The notes: a model not told the origin generated them from the letters alone. Shown: positions 8,291 to 18,483, numbered from the stretch's first letter. The stretch is DNA of 64,000 nucleotides from an uncultured Gammaproteobacteria bacterium (GCA_964584985.1 CAZPBK010000001.1:60742-124741); one strand, 5' to 3'. A program made the numbers and translations.

Positions 8291-10198
8291 ATGAATAAAA
8301 TAGCCAAAATCATTCCTTATAAAAAAATGCCCAGAAAGTTTGGTCAGTTTGATTATTTGATACCCGAAGAATTGATTGAAAAGGTTAAACTTGGTTCGTT
8401 GGTAAAGATCCCTTTTAAAAAGCAAACCATTACCGGGCTGGTAACCGGATTTAGTCATTACAGTAAATTTAAATATATTAAACCGGTAAAAAATCTTGTT
8501 TTGGAAACAGAAGCTGAAAAATGGCAACTGGAGTTTATTAAATGGTTCAGCCTGTATTATTGTTGTTCAGAGCCAACCGCTTTTAAGTTGATCTTTCCTG
8601 ATTTGCCTAAGATTGTCAGAGAATATAAAGTTAAAAAAATTGATTCTCAAAAAATAAAATTGCCAAACAATGGGTGGGATAAACAAAAAATCGCTGAACA
8701 AATATTTTGCTCAAAAACCGAAAAAAAATATCTTTTAATGCCCCACTCCTTTGAAGAAAAGTGTTCTTTTTATCTAAATTTATGCAAATCATCAATAAAG
8801 GAGAACAAACAGATATTATTTATTTTCCCAAGAATAAATCAAATAAATTACTTTTTAAAGCTTTTGTCTGATGATTTAAAAAACCAAGTTTTAATTGTAA
8901 GTTCAGATATTCAAAATTCCAAAAATGCTCAAATTAATACTTGGAAAAAAATCAAAAAAAATGAAAAAAAAATTATCATAGGAACCAGGTTGGCGGTCTT
9001 CATGCCTTTTTCCACCCTGAAATTAGTGGTTGTTGACCAAGCGCACAGTCAAGATTTAAAACAATGGGATCAAAATCCCAGGTATGATTCCGGAGTTATT
9101 GCTGAAAAACTTTGCCAACTATTAAACTGCGGATTAATAATAAGCTCAATTACCCCGACACTAAAACAAGCCTATAAAGCAAAAACCGAAAAGCATGAAA
9201 TGATTAAAATTCCCAAAGGCTCTTCAATAAAAACCAATCTAATTGACATAAAAAAGCAAAGACAGTCGGAGTTTACTTATTTAAGTTTTGAATTGGAGCA
9301 ATTATTAAAGCAAAAACTTTCTCAAAATAAAAAAAGTCTTTTGATTGTAAACCGACGTGGAGAATACACTTATTTTTTTTGCCGAGATTGTGGCTGGGAA
9401 GCTCTTTGTGATGAATGCGGGTTACCCATGGTGGTGGAAGATAAAAAATTGGCTTGTCATCACTGTTCAAAAACAACCGCTCTCCCCTTGCAATGCCCTC
9501 AATGTCATAACACGAATCTAAAAAAACTGGGTGCCGGATTACAACAAATCAAGGATCTGGTCTCTGAAAAATTTCAACAAAAAGTCGGTGAGTTAACTCC
9601 GGAAACCGCCTTTTCCCCGAAAGAAAAAATTTGCATCAGCACCGGACAAGGATTAAAAACGCAACAGATTGCCGCCTTTGATTTTTTAGGCTTTGTTTAC
9701 ATTGACAGCTTGGTTCACTTGGCTGATTTTAATTCCAATTACAATCTGTATTCTTATTTAAAAAATTTAATAAATGACTTTAATTCCTTTTCAGCTTCAA
9801 AAGATAAGGAAGTACTTTTACAAACGGCTTTTCCGGAGAATGAAGCTATAAAAAATGTTTTTACGGATTATAAAGAATTTTATAAAAATGAAATAAAATT
9901 AAGAAAGGATTTTAATTATCCCCCGTTTTCCAGTTTGGTTAAATTGATTTTTGAACATCATGATAAAAAAATTGCCGAACGTGAAGCAAAATCTCTTTTT
10001 GCCGAGCTGGAAGAAAAAGAGAGCAAAGGGATCAAGTTAATTCCTCCTTATTTATATTATGCTCAAAAGGTTCGAAAAAGATTTCGTTATCAAATTGTTT
10101 TATTTTTCAGCTCCTACAACTATCTGGAAATAAACAGGTTTTTAGAAGTGGTTCCGGACCATTGGGCTATTGACAAAGATCCATTAAATCTGATATAA
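8291..10198 (+). CDS. priA: Primosomal protein N' (PriA)-like protein with degenerate helicase motifs
   Basis: A PriA-type N-terminal 3'-DNA-binding domain is recognisable. An 8-Cys zinc-binding region reads CRDCGWEALCDECG...CHHCSKTTALPLQCPQCHN. The Walker A position reads MPHSFEEK instead of GxGKT. The DEEH box reads DQAHS. No GRAGR arginine-finger motif is present. Confidence 0.65.
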   Translation: MNKIAKIIPYKKMPRKFGQFDYLIPEELIEKVKLGSLVKIPFKKQTITGLVTGFSHYSKFKYIKPVKNLVLETEAEKWQLEFIKWFSLYYCCSEPTAFKLIFPDLPKIVREYKVKKIDSQKIKLPNNGWDKQKIAEQIFCSKTEKKYLLMPHSFEEKCSFYLNLCKSSIKENKQILFIFPRINQINYFLKLLSDDLKNQVLIVSSDIQNSKNAQINTWKKIKKNEKKIIIGTRLAVFMPFSTLKLVVVDQAHSQDLKQWDQNPRYDSGVIAEKLCQLLNCGLIISSITPTLKQAYKAKTEKHEMIKIPKGSSIKTNLIDIKKQRQSEFTYLSFELEQLLKQKLSQNKKSLLIVNRRGEYTYFFCRDCGWEALCDECGLPMVVEDKKLACHHCSKTTALPLQCPQCHNTNLKKLGAGLQQIKDLVSEKFQQKVGELTPETAFSPKEKICISTGQGLKTQQIAAFDFLGFVYIDSLVHLADFNSNYNLYSYLKNLINDFNSFSASKDKEVLLQTAFPENEAIKNVFTDYKEFYKNEIKLRKDFNYPPFSSLVKLIFEHHDKKIAEREAKSLFAELEEKESKGIKLIPPYLYYAQKVRKRFRYQIVLFFSSYNYLEINRFLEVVPDHWAIDKDPLNLI

Positions 10199-10207
10199 TT
10201 TGTTCAT

Positions 10208-10675
10208 ATGATTTTAAGTATAGTTACTCATCCCAATAAAATTTTAAGAGAGATTTCCAAAGAAATTGATCTGAAAAAGCTGGCTGATCCCGCCATGCAA
10301 AAGTTTATTGATGAAATGAAAGAAACCATGGTAAAAAAGGACGGCGTTGGTTTAGCCGGTCCCCAAGTTGGAGTTACCAAGAGATTGATTATAGTTAATA
10401 CCAAGAATGGAACAAAATGCTTTATAAATCCTGAAATAGTAAAAAAATCTTGGAAAAAAGAAGCCGGGGAAGAAGGTTGTTTAAGCGTTCCCGGTGTTTA
10501 TGGTTCGGTAAAACGCTCAGTCAGAGTTGTCATTCATGCTTATGACCGAAACGGAGAAAAGATCAAGTTGGAAACCAAGGGACTTTTAGCCAGAATATTT
10601 CAACATGAGATTGATCATTTGAACGGAGTCTTGTTTATTGACAAAATAAAAAATGGAAAAAACAACAAAAAATAA
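10208..10675 (+). CDS. def: Peptide deformylase
   Basis: All three PDF motifs are present: GVGLAGPQVG, EGCLSVPG and HEIDHLNG. Confidence 0.9.
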   Translation: MILSIVTHPNKILREISKEIDLKKLADPAMQKFIDEMKETMVKKDGVGLAGPQVGVTKRLIIVNTKNGTKCFINPEIVKKSWKKEAGEEGCLSVPGVYGSVKRSVRVVIHAYDRNGEKIKLETKGLLARIFQHEIDHLNGVLFIDKIKNGKNNKK

Positions 10676-11606
10676 AAATACTGAAATTGTTTTTTTTGGT
10701 TCCGATCCATTTTCAGTGCCGGTCTTCAAGAAGCTTATAAAAAAATATAATGTTAAAGCTTTAGTTTGTGAATCGGATAAACCTTCCGGAAGAAACCAAA
10801 AAATCACCGCTCCGCCAACAAAGAAAATTGCGGAAAATAACAATATTCCAATATTTCAACCTCAAAGCGTTAAAAAAGATAATATTTTTTTTGAAAAAAT
10901 AAAAGCTTTGAATTGTGATTTGTTTATTGTGGCCGCTTTTGGTCAAATAATCCCCTTAAATATTTTGAATCTACCGCTCCACGGCAGTCTAAACATACAC
11001 CCATCACTTTTGCCAAAGTATCGTGGCGCTTCACCGATTAGACAAACCTTACTCAACGGAGATAAGAAAACAGGTATAACCATTATTCTAATGGATCAGG
11101 GAATGGATACGGGAGATATTGTGGCTCAAGAAGTCACCACCGTTAAAAAAAATGATAATTATATAACCTTATCCAAGAAACTGGCTGATCAATCAGCTGA
11201 ATTTTGCATTCGGATTATCCCCGGATATTTGAACGGGGAATTTACTTTATTAACGCAAGATGACAATCAAGCAACCTACACAAAAAAGATTAAAAAAAAT
11301 GACGGCTTGATAAATTGGAAACAATCCGCTAAAGATATAAAAAATCAGTTAAAAGCCTTTATTGATTGGCCGGGAACTTACACTAAATTTAAACAAAAAA
11401 AACTTGACTTGATTACAGCCAAGGTTAGCGACTTTGATAAAAATATAAAAACCGGTCAAGTTTTTAAATGCAAGAACAATATTTTTGTTCAATGCGGTCA
11501 AGGCAGTTTAAAACTGGAAACGGTTAAATTGGAAGGTAAAAAAGTAACAGATATTAAAAATTTTATAAATGGGCATCAGGATTTTATTGGTTCCGTGTTA
11601 GGCTGA
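10653..11606 (+). CDS. fmt: Methionyl-tRNA formyltransferase
   Basis: Formyltransferase core NIHPSLLPKYRGASPI. The N-terminal domain fits (VFFGSDPFSVPV). Overlaps the end of def as is usual for this pair. Confidence 0.9.
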   Translation: MEKTTKNKNTEIVFFGSDPFSVPVFKKLIKKYNVKALVCESDKPSGRNQKITAPPTKKIAENNNIPIFQPQSVKKDNIFFEKIKALNCDLFIVAAFGQIIPLNILNLPLHGSLNIHPSLLPKYRGASPIRQTLLNGDKKTGITIILMDQGMDTGDIVAQEVTTVKKNDNYITLSKKLADQSAEFCIRIIPGYLNGEFTLLTQDDNQATYTKKIKKNDGLINWKQSAKDIKNQLKAFIDWPGTYTKFKQKKLDLITAKVSDFDKNIKTGQVFKCKNNIFVQCGQGSLKLETVKLEGKKVTDIKNFINGHQDFIGSVLG

Positions 11607-13099
11607 ACATCAAGTAAAATTATAATTAAGATCAATAAATAACCAATCCCCAAGGGATGATTTAAATACGGAGTAAAACCGTTAACCAAAAGCAAACTTA
11701 AAAGTCCCAGCAAACTGCCGATCAACAAAGTCTTTTCCAAGGACTGTTTTTTTTTGGCCGAATCATAGATTTTTCTAATTATTTGCCAAATAAAAACCAG
11801 ATAAACCAACAAACCGAACAAACCGATTTTTAACAAAATATCCAAATATCCCCATTCAAAAGCATAAGTGGTATACCAACCTTGAGGATTGTCTTTGGTT
11901 AAAATTCTTGGATCTTGACTTTTATAAGTAATAGATCTTCCCCATCCCGAACCGACTATTGGGTGTTTACTAATGGCTCGCCCCAATTCCGGTAATTGAC
12001 TCCAGCGACTGGAAACCGCTTCGTCGGAAACAGAAAACCGGTCTTTAATCATGGAACCTTTTTCCGTAGAACTTTGATAAAAAGGCAAAGGTATATTGAT
12101 TATTGCGGACACAAGACCGTAAGACACCACTCCGATCAACAGTAAGGTCATAAATAAAAGCGCTGTTTGGCGCAAATTTTTTCTATAATAAAAAATCAAA
12201 GTTAAGAAATAAACAATAATTCCTCCGATCAAACCGACCCAAAAACTTCTAGACAAACTGGTTAAAATAGTAGAGCCCAACAAAATAATCATAATCAGCA
12301 AACAAATATTTTGTTTGCTTTTTAAATTAAATTTATTTTTAAGACTAAAATATGTCCAAAAAATAAAAAAACCGATCAAAGCAAATATTTGAGCCTGAGA
12401 AAAAATACGAAAAAAACCGGAATTAAGCAGAGTAAATTCGCCCCAAAGGGTATCACGCCCCCAAGTGTAAAGAAAACCCATAATTGGAAATTTATGGGCA
12501 AAAATAAATAAAAATATCATTGTTTTAAGGCTTATAGCAACAAGTCCGGCTGAAAAAATCGGCCAAAAATCAGAAAAAAACTTATTATTGGTGTAAACCG
12601 AAACAAAGGGAAAAATATATAAAAAATAAAGCCAGGCGTTAAAATCCAAAAATATGTTTTTTAAACCATTATTTTGCCAAAAGGCTTGAATTATTCCCCA
12701 AGTTAAAACTATGGCCAAAATGGTAAGGTGTTTTATTTGAAAAACTTGTTTAATTTCTTTAATAAGAGTTTTTTGCCAAACTGATTTTATTAGCCAAGCC
12801 AGCATTATTGCGGAAAAAATGCCGATTCTGATAGAAACTTGAAAATCGGCAATATCAATGGAAAACAAATGACCTTGAGAGCCGATTATTAATTCAACCA
12901 AAGCGGTGTATATTCCCCATTTAAGTTTATATAAGCTTAAACCAAAAACCAAAACAAAAATAATTAAATAAAAAAACAAGCTTAAATCAAAGGCTATTTT
13001 GGTCCAGATAACAAAAAATGAGGCTAATTCCGCCAAAAGAATAAACCATAAAGTATGTTTGAATTTTGTGCCGAAAAAATTAAGTTGTCTTGGCTTCAT
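11576..13099 (-). CDS. Polytopic membrane protein, O-antigen-ligase/Wzy-like (tentative)
   Basis: 507 aa with ≥10 predicted TM helices. It sits next to glycosyltransferase genes. The family assignment is inference from topology only. Confidence 0.35.
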   Translation of the reverse strand: MKPRQLNFFGTKFKHTLWFILLAELASFFVIWTKIAFDLSLFFYLIIFVLVFGLSLYKLKWGIYTALVELIIGSQGHLFSIDIADFQVSIRIGIFSAIMLAWLIKSVWQKTLIKEIKQVFQIKHLTILAIVLTWGIIQAFWQNNGLKNIFLDFNAWLYFLYIFPFVSVYTNNKFFSDFWPIFSAGLVAISLKTMIFLFIFAHKFPIMGFLYTWGRDTLWGEFTLLNSGFFRIFSQAQIFALIGFFIFWTYFSLKNKFNLKSKQNICLLIMIILLGSTILTSLSRSFWVGLIGGIIVYFLTLIFYYRKNLRQTALLFMTLLLIGVVSYGLVSAIINIPLPFYQSSTEKGSMIKDRFSVSDEAVSSRWSQLPELGRAISKHPIVGSGWGRSITYKSQDPRILTKDNPQGWYTTYAFEWGYLDILLKIGLFGLLVYLVFIWQIIRKIYDSAKKKQSLEKTLLIGSLLGLLSLLLVNGFTPYLNHPLGIGYLLILIIILLDVQPNTEPIKS

Positions 13100-13101
13100 A
13101 A

Positions 13102-13548
13102 TTAATCCTTCCGATACATCCGATAAAACGGATTTTGCGAATTATTGCTAATAAAACAATAATATTGTAAAAACGGTCTTAAACTGTTTAACACATTGAT
13201 CCTTTTATCGGCAAATTGTTTGAAGCCCAAATCAATAATTAAATCATTAATTTCAATCCAATAATGTCTTCCCGGATAATTAGCAAAACTCCCCTGTTCC
13301 ACTTGAGCTTGATCTGAATAATTTTTTAATATCTTATGGTTTAAATAATGTGTTAACCGTGGAGCATGTTGAGAGGCCAAACCGGAAACATGAAAAACCT
13401 CCAAAGGCTTTCCCTTAATTATAGCTTTTTGACGATTTTCCATTACATACTCCTCCACCGCATTGATGATGCTTTCCAAGCGTTGGTTTTTTTGCGTAAG
13501 GTCTATTAACGGTTCACTTTTTATTTGATAATCTCCAACAATAATCAT
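13102..13548 (-). CDS. Hypothetical protein
   Basis: 148-aa ORF tightly packed between neighbouring CDS. No motif recognised. Confidence 0.4.
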   Translation of the reverse strand: MIIVGDYQIKSEPLIDLTQKNQRLESIINAVEEYVMENRQKAIIKGKPLEVFHVSGLASQHAPRLTHYLNHKILKNYSDQAQVEQGSFANYPGRHYWIEINDLIIDLGFKQFADKRINVLNSLRPFLQYYCFISNNSQNPFYRMYRKD

Positions 13549-13552
13549 AAGA

Positions 13553-14446
13553 TCATTTTATTTTAGATTGGCTTTTGGGTTTTATACGAAATATTTGCGC
13601 AAAAAGGGTCAATAAATAACTTATTGGTTGCATAATTAGCAAAAACCAATAAGTTGCCCGAGATTTGTTTTTTTTGAAATAGGTTAACATGCCTTTGTTA
13701 AAACGCTTTTGTTTTTTCAAGCTTTTCACTTGGGCAAAACTTTTTCCTTCATAATGAATCACTTGAGTAATGGGCAAATAAACAATTTCCGCACCCGTTT
13801 TCCTAACATCCAAACAAAGTTGAAGATCTTCCCACCATAAAGGATAATCTTCGTCCCAACCGTTTATCTCATTCATTAAAGTGGCTCTGGTAAAAATAAA
13901 AGCGCCCATAACCTGGTGAACATATTTTTTTTGATTGTAATCAAAGTTTTTTTGCAGATACCTTTCTAAGGGGGGTAAAAAACTGAAAATATGATGTAAT
14001 TTCAACAATATAAGCAACTGATCGCAAAATCCGGGGTCTTTTTTTACATTGGGTTGAGTGGTTTTGTCGCCAAAAAGCAAACGGCAAGTACAAATACCCA
14101 CATTTGGCGTTTTTTCCATAAATTCATACAATTTCAAAAAACTGTTTTCCATGATTTCCATATCCGGATTCATATATAGTTGGTATTTCCCAATGGACGC
14201 GCGAGCACCTTGATTATTGGCTTTGGCAAAACCGGCATTAAAATCGTTGGTTATAATTTTTAACTGCTTTTTTTCAATCCATTGGCCATAGTTTTTCTTT
14301 ATATTTTCCGCTGTCCCATCCTTGGAGTCATTATCCACAATTATTACCTCGTAATTAAGCCCTTCGGTATACTGAAAAATGGAATCCAAAAGCCGAGCAA
14401 GCAAATCTCGCACATTCCAGCTGACTATTATAATACTTAGATCCAT
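13553..14446 (-). CDS. Glycosyltransferase family 2
   Basis: N-terminal GT-A signature: LSIIIVSWN, VIIVDNDSKDGT (DxD-type) and a later acidic motif. Confidence 0.8.
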   Translation of the reverse strand: MDLSIIIVSWNVRDLLARLLDSIFQYTEGLNYEVIIVDNDSKDGTAENIKKNYGQWIEKKQLKIITNDFNAGFAKANNQGARASIGKYQLYMNPDMEIMENSFLKLYEFMEKTPNVGICTCRLLFGDKTTQPNVKKDPGFCDQLLILLKLHHIFSFLPPLERYLQKNFDYNQKKYVHQVMGAFIFTRATLMNEINGWDEDYPLWWEDLQLCLDVRKTGAEIVYLPITQVIHYEGKSFAQVKSLKKQKRFNKGMLTYFKKNKSRATYWFLLIMQPISYLLTLFAQIFRIKPKSQSKIK

Positions 14447-14490
14447 ATTTCAGTTTCTAAAATAATTTATTTTATTTTTTCGTTCGTTTA

Positions 14491-15705
14491 TCAAAGATTT
14501 AACTTTTTAAATAAATAATCAGTCATTGTATCCACTCTTGATTTCCAACTATGAGCCTTAATCGCATTTTTTCGTTTGAATTGTTTCTCCGGGCTATCTT
14601 CCGTCAGGGCTTTATTTATCAGATTGGAAAAAGCTTTCGGCTCTTCAGCCAAATAAATCAAGTCCTTAAACATTTCCGTTCCGGCGCTTGGCGTAGAAAC
14701 CAACGGCCGACCACAGGCCAAATATTCATACAACTTCATAGGATTATTGGATTTAGTAAATTCGCTGATTTTATGAGGCATAATCGCCACATCAAAGCGA
14801 TTCATATAGGCCGGAGCTACTTTATAATCAATGCGTCCAAAAGTATGCACATTTTTATATTTATGCATTTTTTTATGAAACATTGGTTTGACAATTGGCC
14901 AAATCGGTCCACATATCGCGATTTCCTTGTCCTGATGATCCTCGGCCACTTTGGCCAGTAAATCCAAATCCAAACGACTTTCTATTGTGCCGAAATAACC
15001 AATAATCTTTTTATCAAAATCATCCAACTCGGTTTTTTGTTTAATGGCTGACGGACGGTTAAAAAATTCAAAATCCACGCCATTGGGAATCCAGTGGACA
15101 TCTTTGGTACGCGACATTTCAGCGTAAAAATCCTTTAACTCTTGAGAAACAGTAAAAATAAGGTCAGCCTTATCCGCAATTTTGAAATAATTGCGTTTTA
15201 ATCTTTTTGGGGGCATCATTTTTGGATAAGTGGGATGCTCCATCCAGTTGTCAACCGTATCAAAAACAAACAGTTTTTCATTCAGCTTGCCTAAAAATTC
15301 GGTAAACATGGGATTGTATGACCAAAAAACAACATTTTTTAAATTAAGAATTTTTTCCACGCGTCGCAATTCCTTGCCCACCTTATTCATGGAAAAAATA
15401 GAATCAATCGTGGTGTAAGCGTAAATTTTATCAGAACGCTGATAACAAGCCGAGGTTAAATCTCCGTAAACCATTTCCGCGCTTTTGATTTCCCACAAAA
15501 TATTTTTAACATAATGTGAAGCCGCTTTTTTCCAACCACGCGGTAAAAAATCCACGCCGACTATTTTGTTTATTTTATTTTCTTTGACCAGATTATGCAA
15601 AACATGGTAATTGCGATTTACCACGCCATGATCCCAATCCCAAAAACTGGACATGTTAAACATGACAATGTCTATTTTGGCTGAAGGATCAGTTGTTTTT
15701 TCCAT
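14491..15705 (-). CDS. Glycosyltransferase family 1 (GT4-like, GT-B fold)
   Basis: 404 aa. The C-terminal half has a GT1-like pattern (FGRIDYKVAPAYM...E...PMKLYEYLACGRPLVS). Confidence 0.65.
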   Translation of the reverse strand: MEKTTDPSAKIDIVMFNMSSFWDWDHGVVNRNYHVLHNLVKENKINKIVGVDFLPRGWKKAASHYVKNILWEIKSAEMVYGDLTSACYQRSDKIYAYTTIDSIFSMNKVGKELRRVEKILNLKNVVFWSYNPMFTEFLGKLNEKLFVFDTVDNWMEHPTYPKMMPPKRLKRNYFKIADKADLIFTVSQELKDFYAEMSRTKDVHWIPNGVDFEFFNRPSAIKQKTELDDFDKKIIGYFGTIESRLDLDLLAKVAEDHQDKEIAICGPIWPIVKPMFHKKMHKYKNVHTFGRIDYKVAPAYMNRFDVAIMPHKISEFTKSNNPMKLYEYLACGRPLVSTPSAGTEMFKDLIYLAEEPKAFSNLINKALTEDSPEKQFKRKNAIKAHSWKSRVDTMTDYLFKKLNL

Positions 15706-15709
15706 ATTT

Positions 15710-16645
15710 TTATTTTAGATAAATCTTGCTTTTTAGAAAAAAGTCGCGGTCACTAAAATCTTCTTCCGAATCCTTGTTTTCCTGAATTATACGATCAGCG
15801 GTGCTAACTTTGGCTGAGGTATTATCAATATGAGCCAGAGCCAAAGATTCTCTGCTCATTGGCAAAACCGGACTGCCAAATTCTTGTCGTCCATGATGAG
15901 AAAGAAGCATGTTTAACAATTTGGCTCTAAGCTCGCGGGGAAAATTTTGCTCCATTTTTTTATCAACCCATATGGCGCCAAGTGAAATATGCCCAATCAA
16001 ATTGCCTTCCAAGGTGCGATAAATGCAAGTATCAAATCCCAGTTCTTGCATTTTTCCCACATCATGCAAAAGAACCCCGGTTATCAAAAGATCCTTATCC
16101 AACTCCGGATAAGATTCAAATAAACTATGCGCCAGATTAAGCATTTCCACCACATGTTCCATTAAACCGCCAAGATAAGCATGATGAATCTTTTCCGCGC
16201 CCGGTGCTTTTTTAAATTTTTCCACAAAATCTTTATCTCCAAAAAAAGAATTTAAAAGTCTTTTTAAATCAGGATGTTTTATTTGCTCCACATTGGCTTG
16301 TACGGTTTGCCATAAATCATCAATGTTTTTTTCACTGGCCGGTAAAAAAGACTGAAGATCAAAATCTCGAGATTGCTCCAAAAAACTTATATCCAATTGA
16401 GGTTTCCCACGAAATTCCTTAACCTCGGCTGAAAGACTAACGACTTGACCTTTTTCCGGTTCTTGACAATTACTCATATTATCTTCCCATATTTTACCGG
16501 TTATTTCTCCGGTTTTGTCACTTAAAATAAGATCAAAATAATCCTTGCCCTGAACGGTTTTACCACATTTAACCCCTTTAATCGCAAATTCTTGGCCGGT
16601 TATTTTTTCATTTATGGCCAATTCGTTGATGAATTTGTTTTTCAT
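15710..16645 (-). CDS. yhaM: YhaM-like 3'-5' exoribonuclease (OB-fold plus HD phosphohydrolase domain)
   Basis: N-terminal OB-fold region (GQEFAIKGVKCGKTVQGKDYFDLILSDKTGEI). HD domain motifs HHAYLGGLMEHV and LLHDVGK. Confidence 0.65.
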   Translation of the reverse strand: MKNKFINELAINEKITGQEFAIKGVKCGKTVQGKDYFDLILSDKTGEITGKIWEDNMSNCQEPEKGQVVSLSAEVKEFRGKPQLDISFLEQSRDFDLQSFLPASEKNIDDLWQTVQANVEQIKHPDLKRLLNSFFGDKDFVEKFKKAPGAEKIHHAYLGGLMEHVVEMLNLAHSLFESYPELDKDLLITGVLLHDVGKMQELGFDTCIYRTLEGNLIGHISLGAIWVDKKMEQNFPRELRAKLLNMLLSHHGRQEFGSPVLPMSRESLALAHIDNTSAKVSTADRIIQENKDSEEDFSDRDFFLKSKIYLK

Positions 16646-17196
16646 AATTTTTGTTCTGAAAATTTAATGGTTTTATAAGTAAAAAATTCCGTACTTTTAT
16701 TTTTAAAGCAATTAAATTCCAAACCGGCTTTTTGACATAAAGAAGCAAAAAATTGTTTTTTGTTCTCAAAACTTTTCCAAACTTCCGGCAAGTAAGTGGC
16801 TTGATTTTGCTTGTTTTTAATAATCACTCCTTCTCCCGGCTTAATTTGGTCATATTTAACTTTTTTTGGTTCGGTTAAAACGGAAATTTCAATGGTAATG
16901 TTATTTAATTCTTCAGGCTTTACCGGAGGAAAACGATAATCTTTTATGGCCGCGGACTGCGTATTTTCAGCCACTGCCCGCCAAAGCGATAAAATCGGTT
17001 CAATCTGTCCAATACAGCCTCTGACTCGGTTGTTTTTCATTAAAGTGATAAAAACCCCGCTTTTTTGCTTAAAATTTTCATCAGGGCAATCGGGAAGAGC
17101 AAATCCCCGGCTTTCAACGGCCGCTTTTAAAGCTTTTTCAGCCAAAGCTGAAAGTTGTTTTTTTTGCTGATCGTTTAATTGCATATTCTTATTCAA
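16642..17196 (-). CDS. amrA: AMMECR1-domain protein (AmmeMemoRadiSam system protein A-like)
   Basis: 184 aa with the characteristic RGCIG motif (NNRVRGCIGQIEP) and the overall AMMECR1 length and pattern. Confidence 0.75.
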   Translation of the reverse strand: MNKNMQLNDQQKKQLSALAEKALKAAVESRGFALPDCPDENFKQKSGVFITLMKNNRVRGCIGQIEPILSLWRAVAENTQSAAIKDYRFPPVKPEELNNITIEISVLTEPKKVKYDQIKPGEGVIIKNKQNQATYLPEVWKSFENKKQFFASLCQKAGLEFNCFKNKSTEFFTYKTIKFSEQKL

Positions 17197-17229
17197 TTAT
17201 AGCAGGTTTTCGCAATGAAACAAACCGTT

Positions 17230-18261
17230 TTATTGTAAAAACATGGCATCGCCAAAACTGTAAAACCGATATTTAAGTCTGGCCGCTTTTTGATAAATTT
17301 TTAAAGTTTTTTGGCGACCTACAAAGGCTGAAACCAGCATTAACAAACTTGATTTTGGCAAATGAAAGTTGGTGATTACAGCGTCAACAAATTTAAACTT
17401 ATATCCCGGATAAATAAAAATATCCGTGGAAAAATTGTAGTCTTTGACTTTGATTTTTTGATCAAAAAGAGACTCCAATGCCCGAACCGAGGTGGTACCC
17501 ACGGCGATTATTCTTTTACCTTGCTTTTTAGCCTTTAACAAACGAGCAACGGTTTTTTTATCAATGCTCAGACGCTCCTCATGGATTTGATAATCTTTAA
17601 TATTTTGAGTATTTACCGGTTCAAAAGTGCCCAAACCAACATGCAAGGTGATGTATTCGGTTTGCACTCCTTTTTTATATAATTTTTTCAGTAAACGCTC
17701 GGTAAAATGCAAACCGGCCGTCGGAGCCGCGGCCGAACCGGGATTTTTGGCAAAAACAGTTTGATATTGTTTTTTTAGACGGCTTTGATTTTTTATTGGA
17801 TTTTTAATATACGGAGGCAAAGGGACCTGACCGACTCTGTTTATTCGTTTGTCTAAATTTTTACCTGAAAAATTAAATTTTAAGCGCCAAGTTTTATCGG
17901 ACAGCTGTTCAGCCAATTCAGCTCTTAAACCGGCGGGAAAGAGCAATTTTAGACCGATTTTTGGCTTCCTACAACCTACTTGGGCCTCCCATTCATTTTT
18001 GTTAATCTTTTTTAATAAAAGAGCCTCGGCCGCTCCCCCGGTTGGTTTATGTCCGAGTAATCTGGCCGGCATAACTTTGGAATCATTAAAAACCAAAATA
18101 TCGCCCTTTTTTAAATACTTTGGCAGATTTAAGAACTTGTCATGAGTGATTTTATCGCTTTGACGATTGTAAACCAAAAGACGCGAGGAATCTCGCGGAT
18201 TAGCCGGTTTGTTGGCAATCAACCTTTTCGGTAAATTGTAATCAAATAAGGATAATTTCAT
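17230..18261 (-). CDS. queA: S-adenosylmethionine:tRNA ribosyltransferase-isomerase
   Basis: QueA N-terminus LFDYNLPKRLIANKPANPRDSSRLLV. Also carries GGAAEALL and PLPPYI motifs. 343 aa. Confidence 0.85.
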   Translation of the reverse strand: MKLSLFDYNLPKRLIANKPANPRDSSRLLVYNRQSDKITHDKFLNLPKYLKKGDILVFNDSKVMPARLLGHKPTGGAAEALLLKKINKNEWEAQVGCRKPKIGLKLLFPAGLRAELAEQLSDKTWRLKFNFSGKNLDKRINRVGQVPLPPYIKNPIKNQSRLKKQYQTVFAKNPGSAAAPTAGLHFTERLLKKLYKKGVQTEYITLHVGLGTFEPVNTQNIKDYQIHEERLSIDKKTVARLLKAKKQGKRIIAVGTTSVRALESLFDQKIKVKDYNFSTDIFIYPGYKFKFVDAVITNFHLPKSSLLMLVSAFVGRQKTLKIYQKAARLKYRFYSFGDAMFLQ

Positions 18262-18463
18262 AAATAAAAAATTTTACAAAAGTTTCTTAACTAATAGCCC
18301 TTTTGGCTACTACTTTGGATGCCGGGGCTCCATTTTTCGACAATTTCGGCTTAAAATTCTGAAAATGATTCGTAATTTACTTCCAAGTAATTTGCATTAA
18401 ATCTATTCCAATATTTTAATCCCCTTTTCTTCTTTATTTTGCTTTTTCTCTTTTTCTTTTATT

Positions 18464-18477
18464 TTTCGGATTGAATC
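18464..18477 (+). repeat. Direct repeat copy 1 (TTCGGATTGAATCT), immediately downstream of the redoxin gene
   Basis: A 14-bp exact match to 18937..18950. The extended 19-bp copies match at 17 of 19 positions (tttttcggattgaatcttt vs tttattcggattgaatctc). Confidence 0.5.
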
Positions 18478-18483
18478 TTTACA

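Noticed and set aside
18262-18483. Possible small RNA or regulatory element in the 220-bp gap between queA and the redoxin gene (ccggggctcc segment)
   Set aside because: There is only a short GC patch, with no convincing hairpin plus U-run or conserved motif. The evidence is insufficient.
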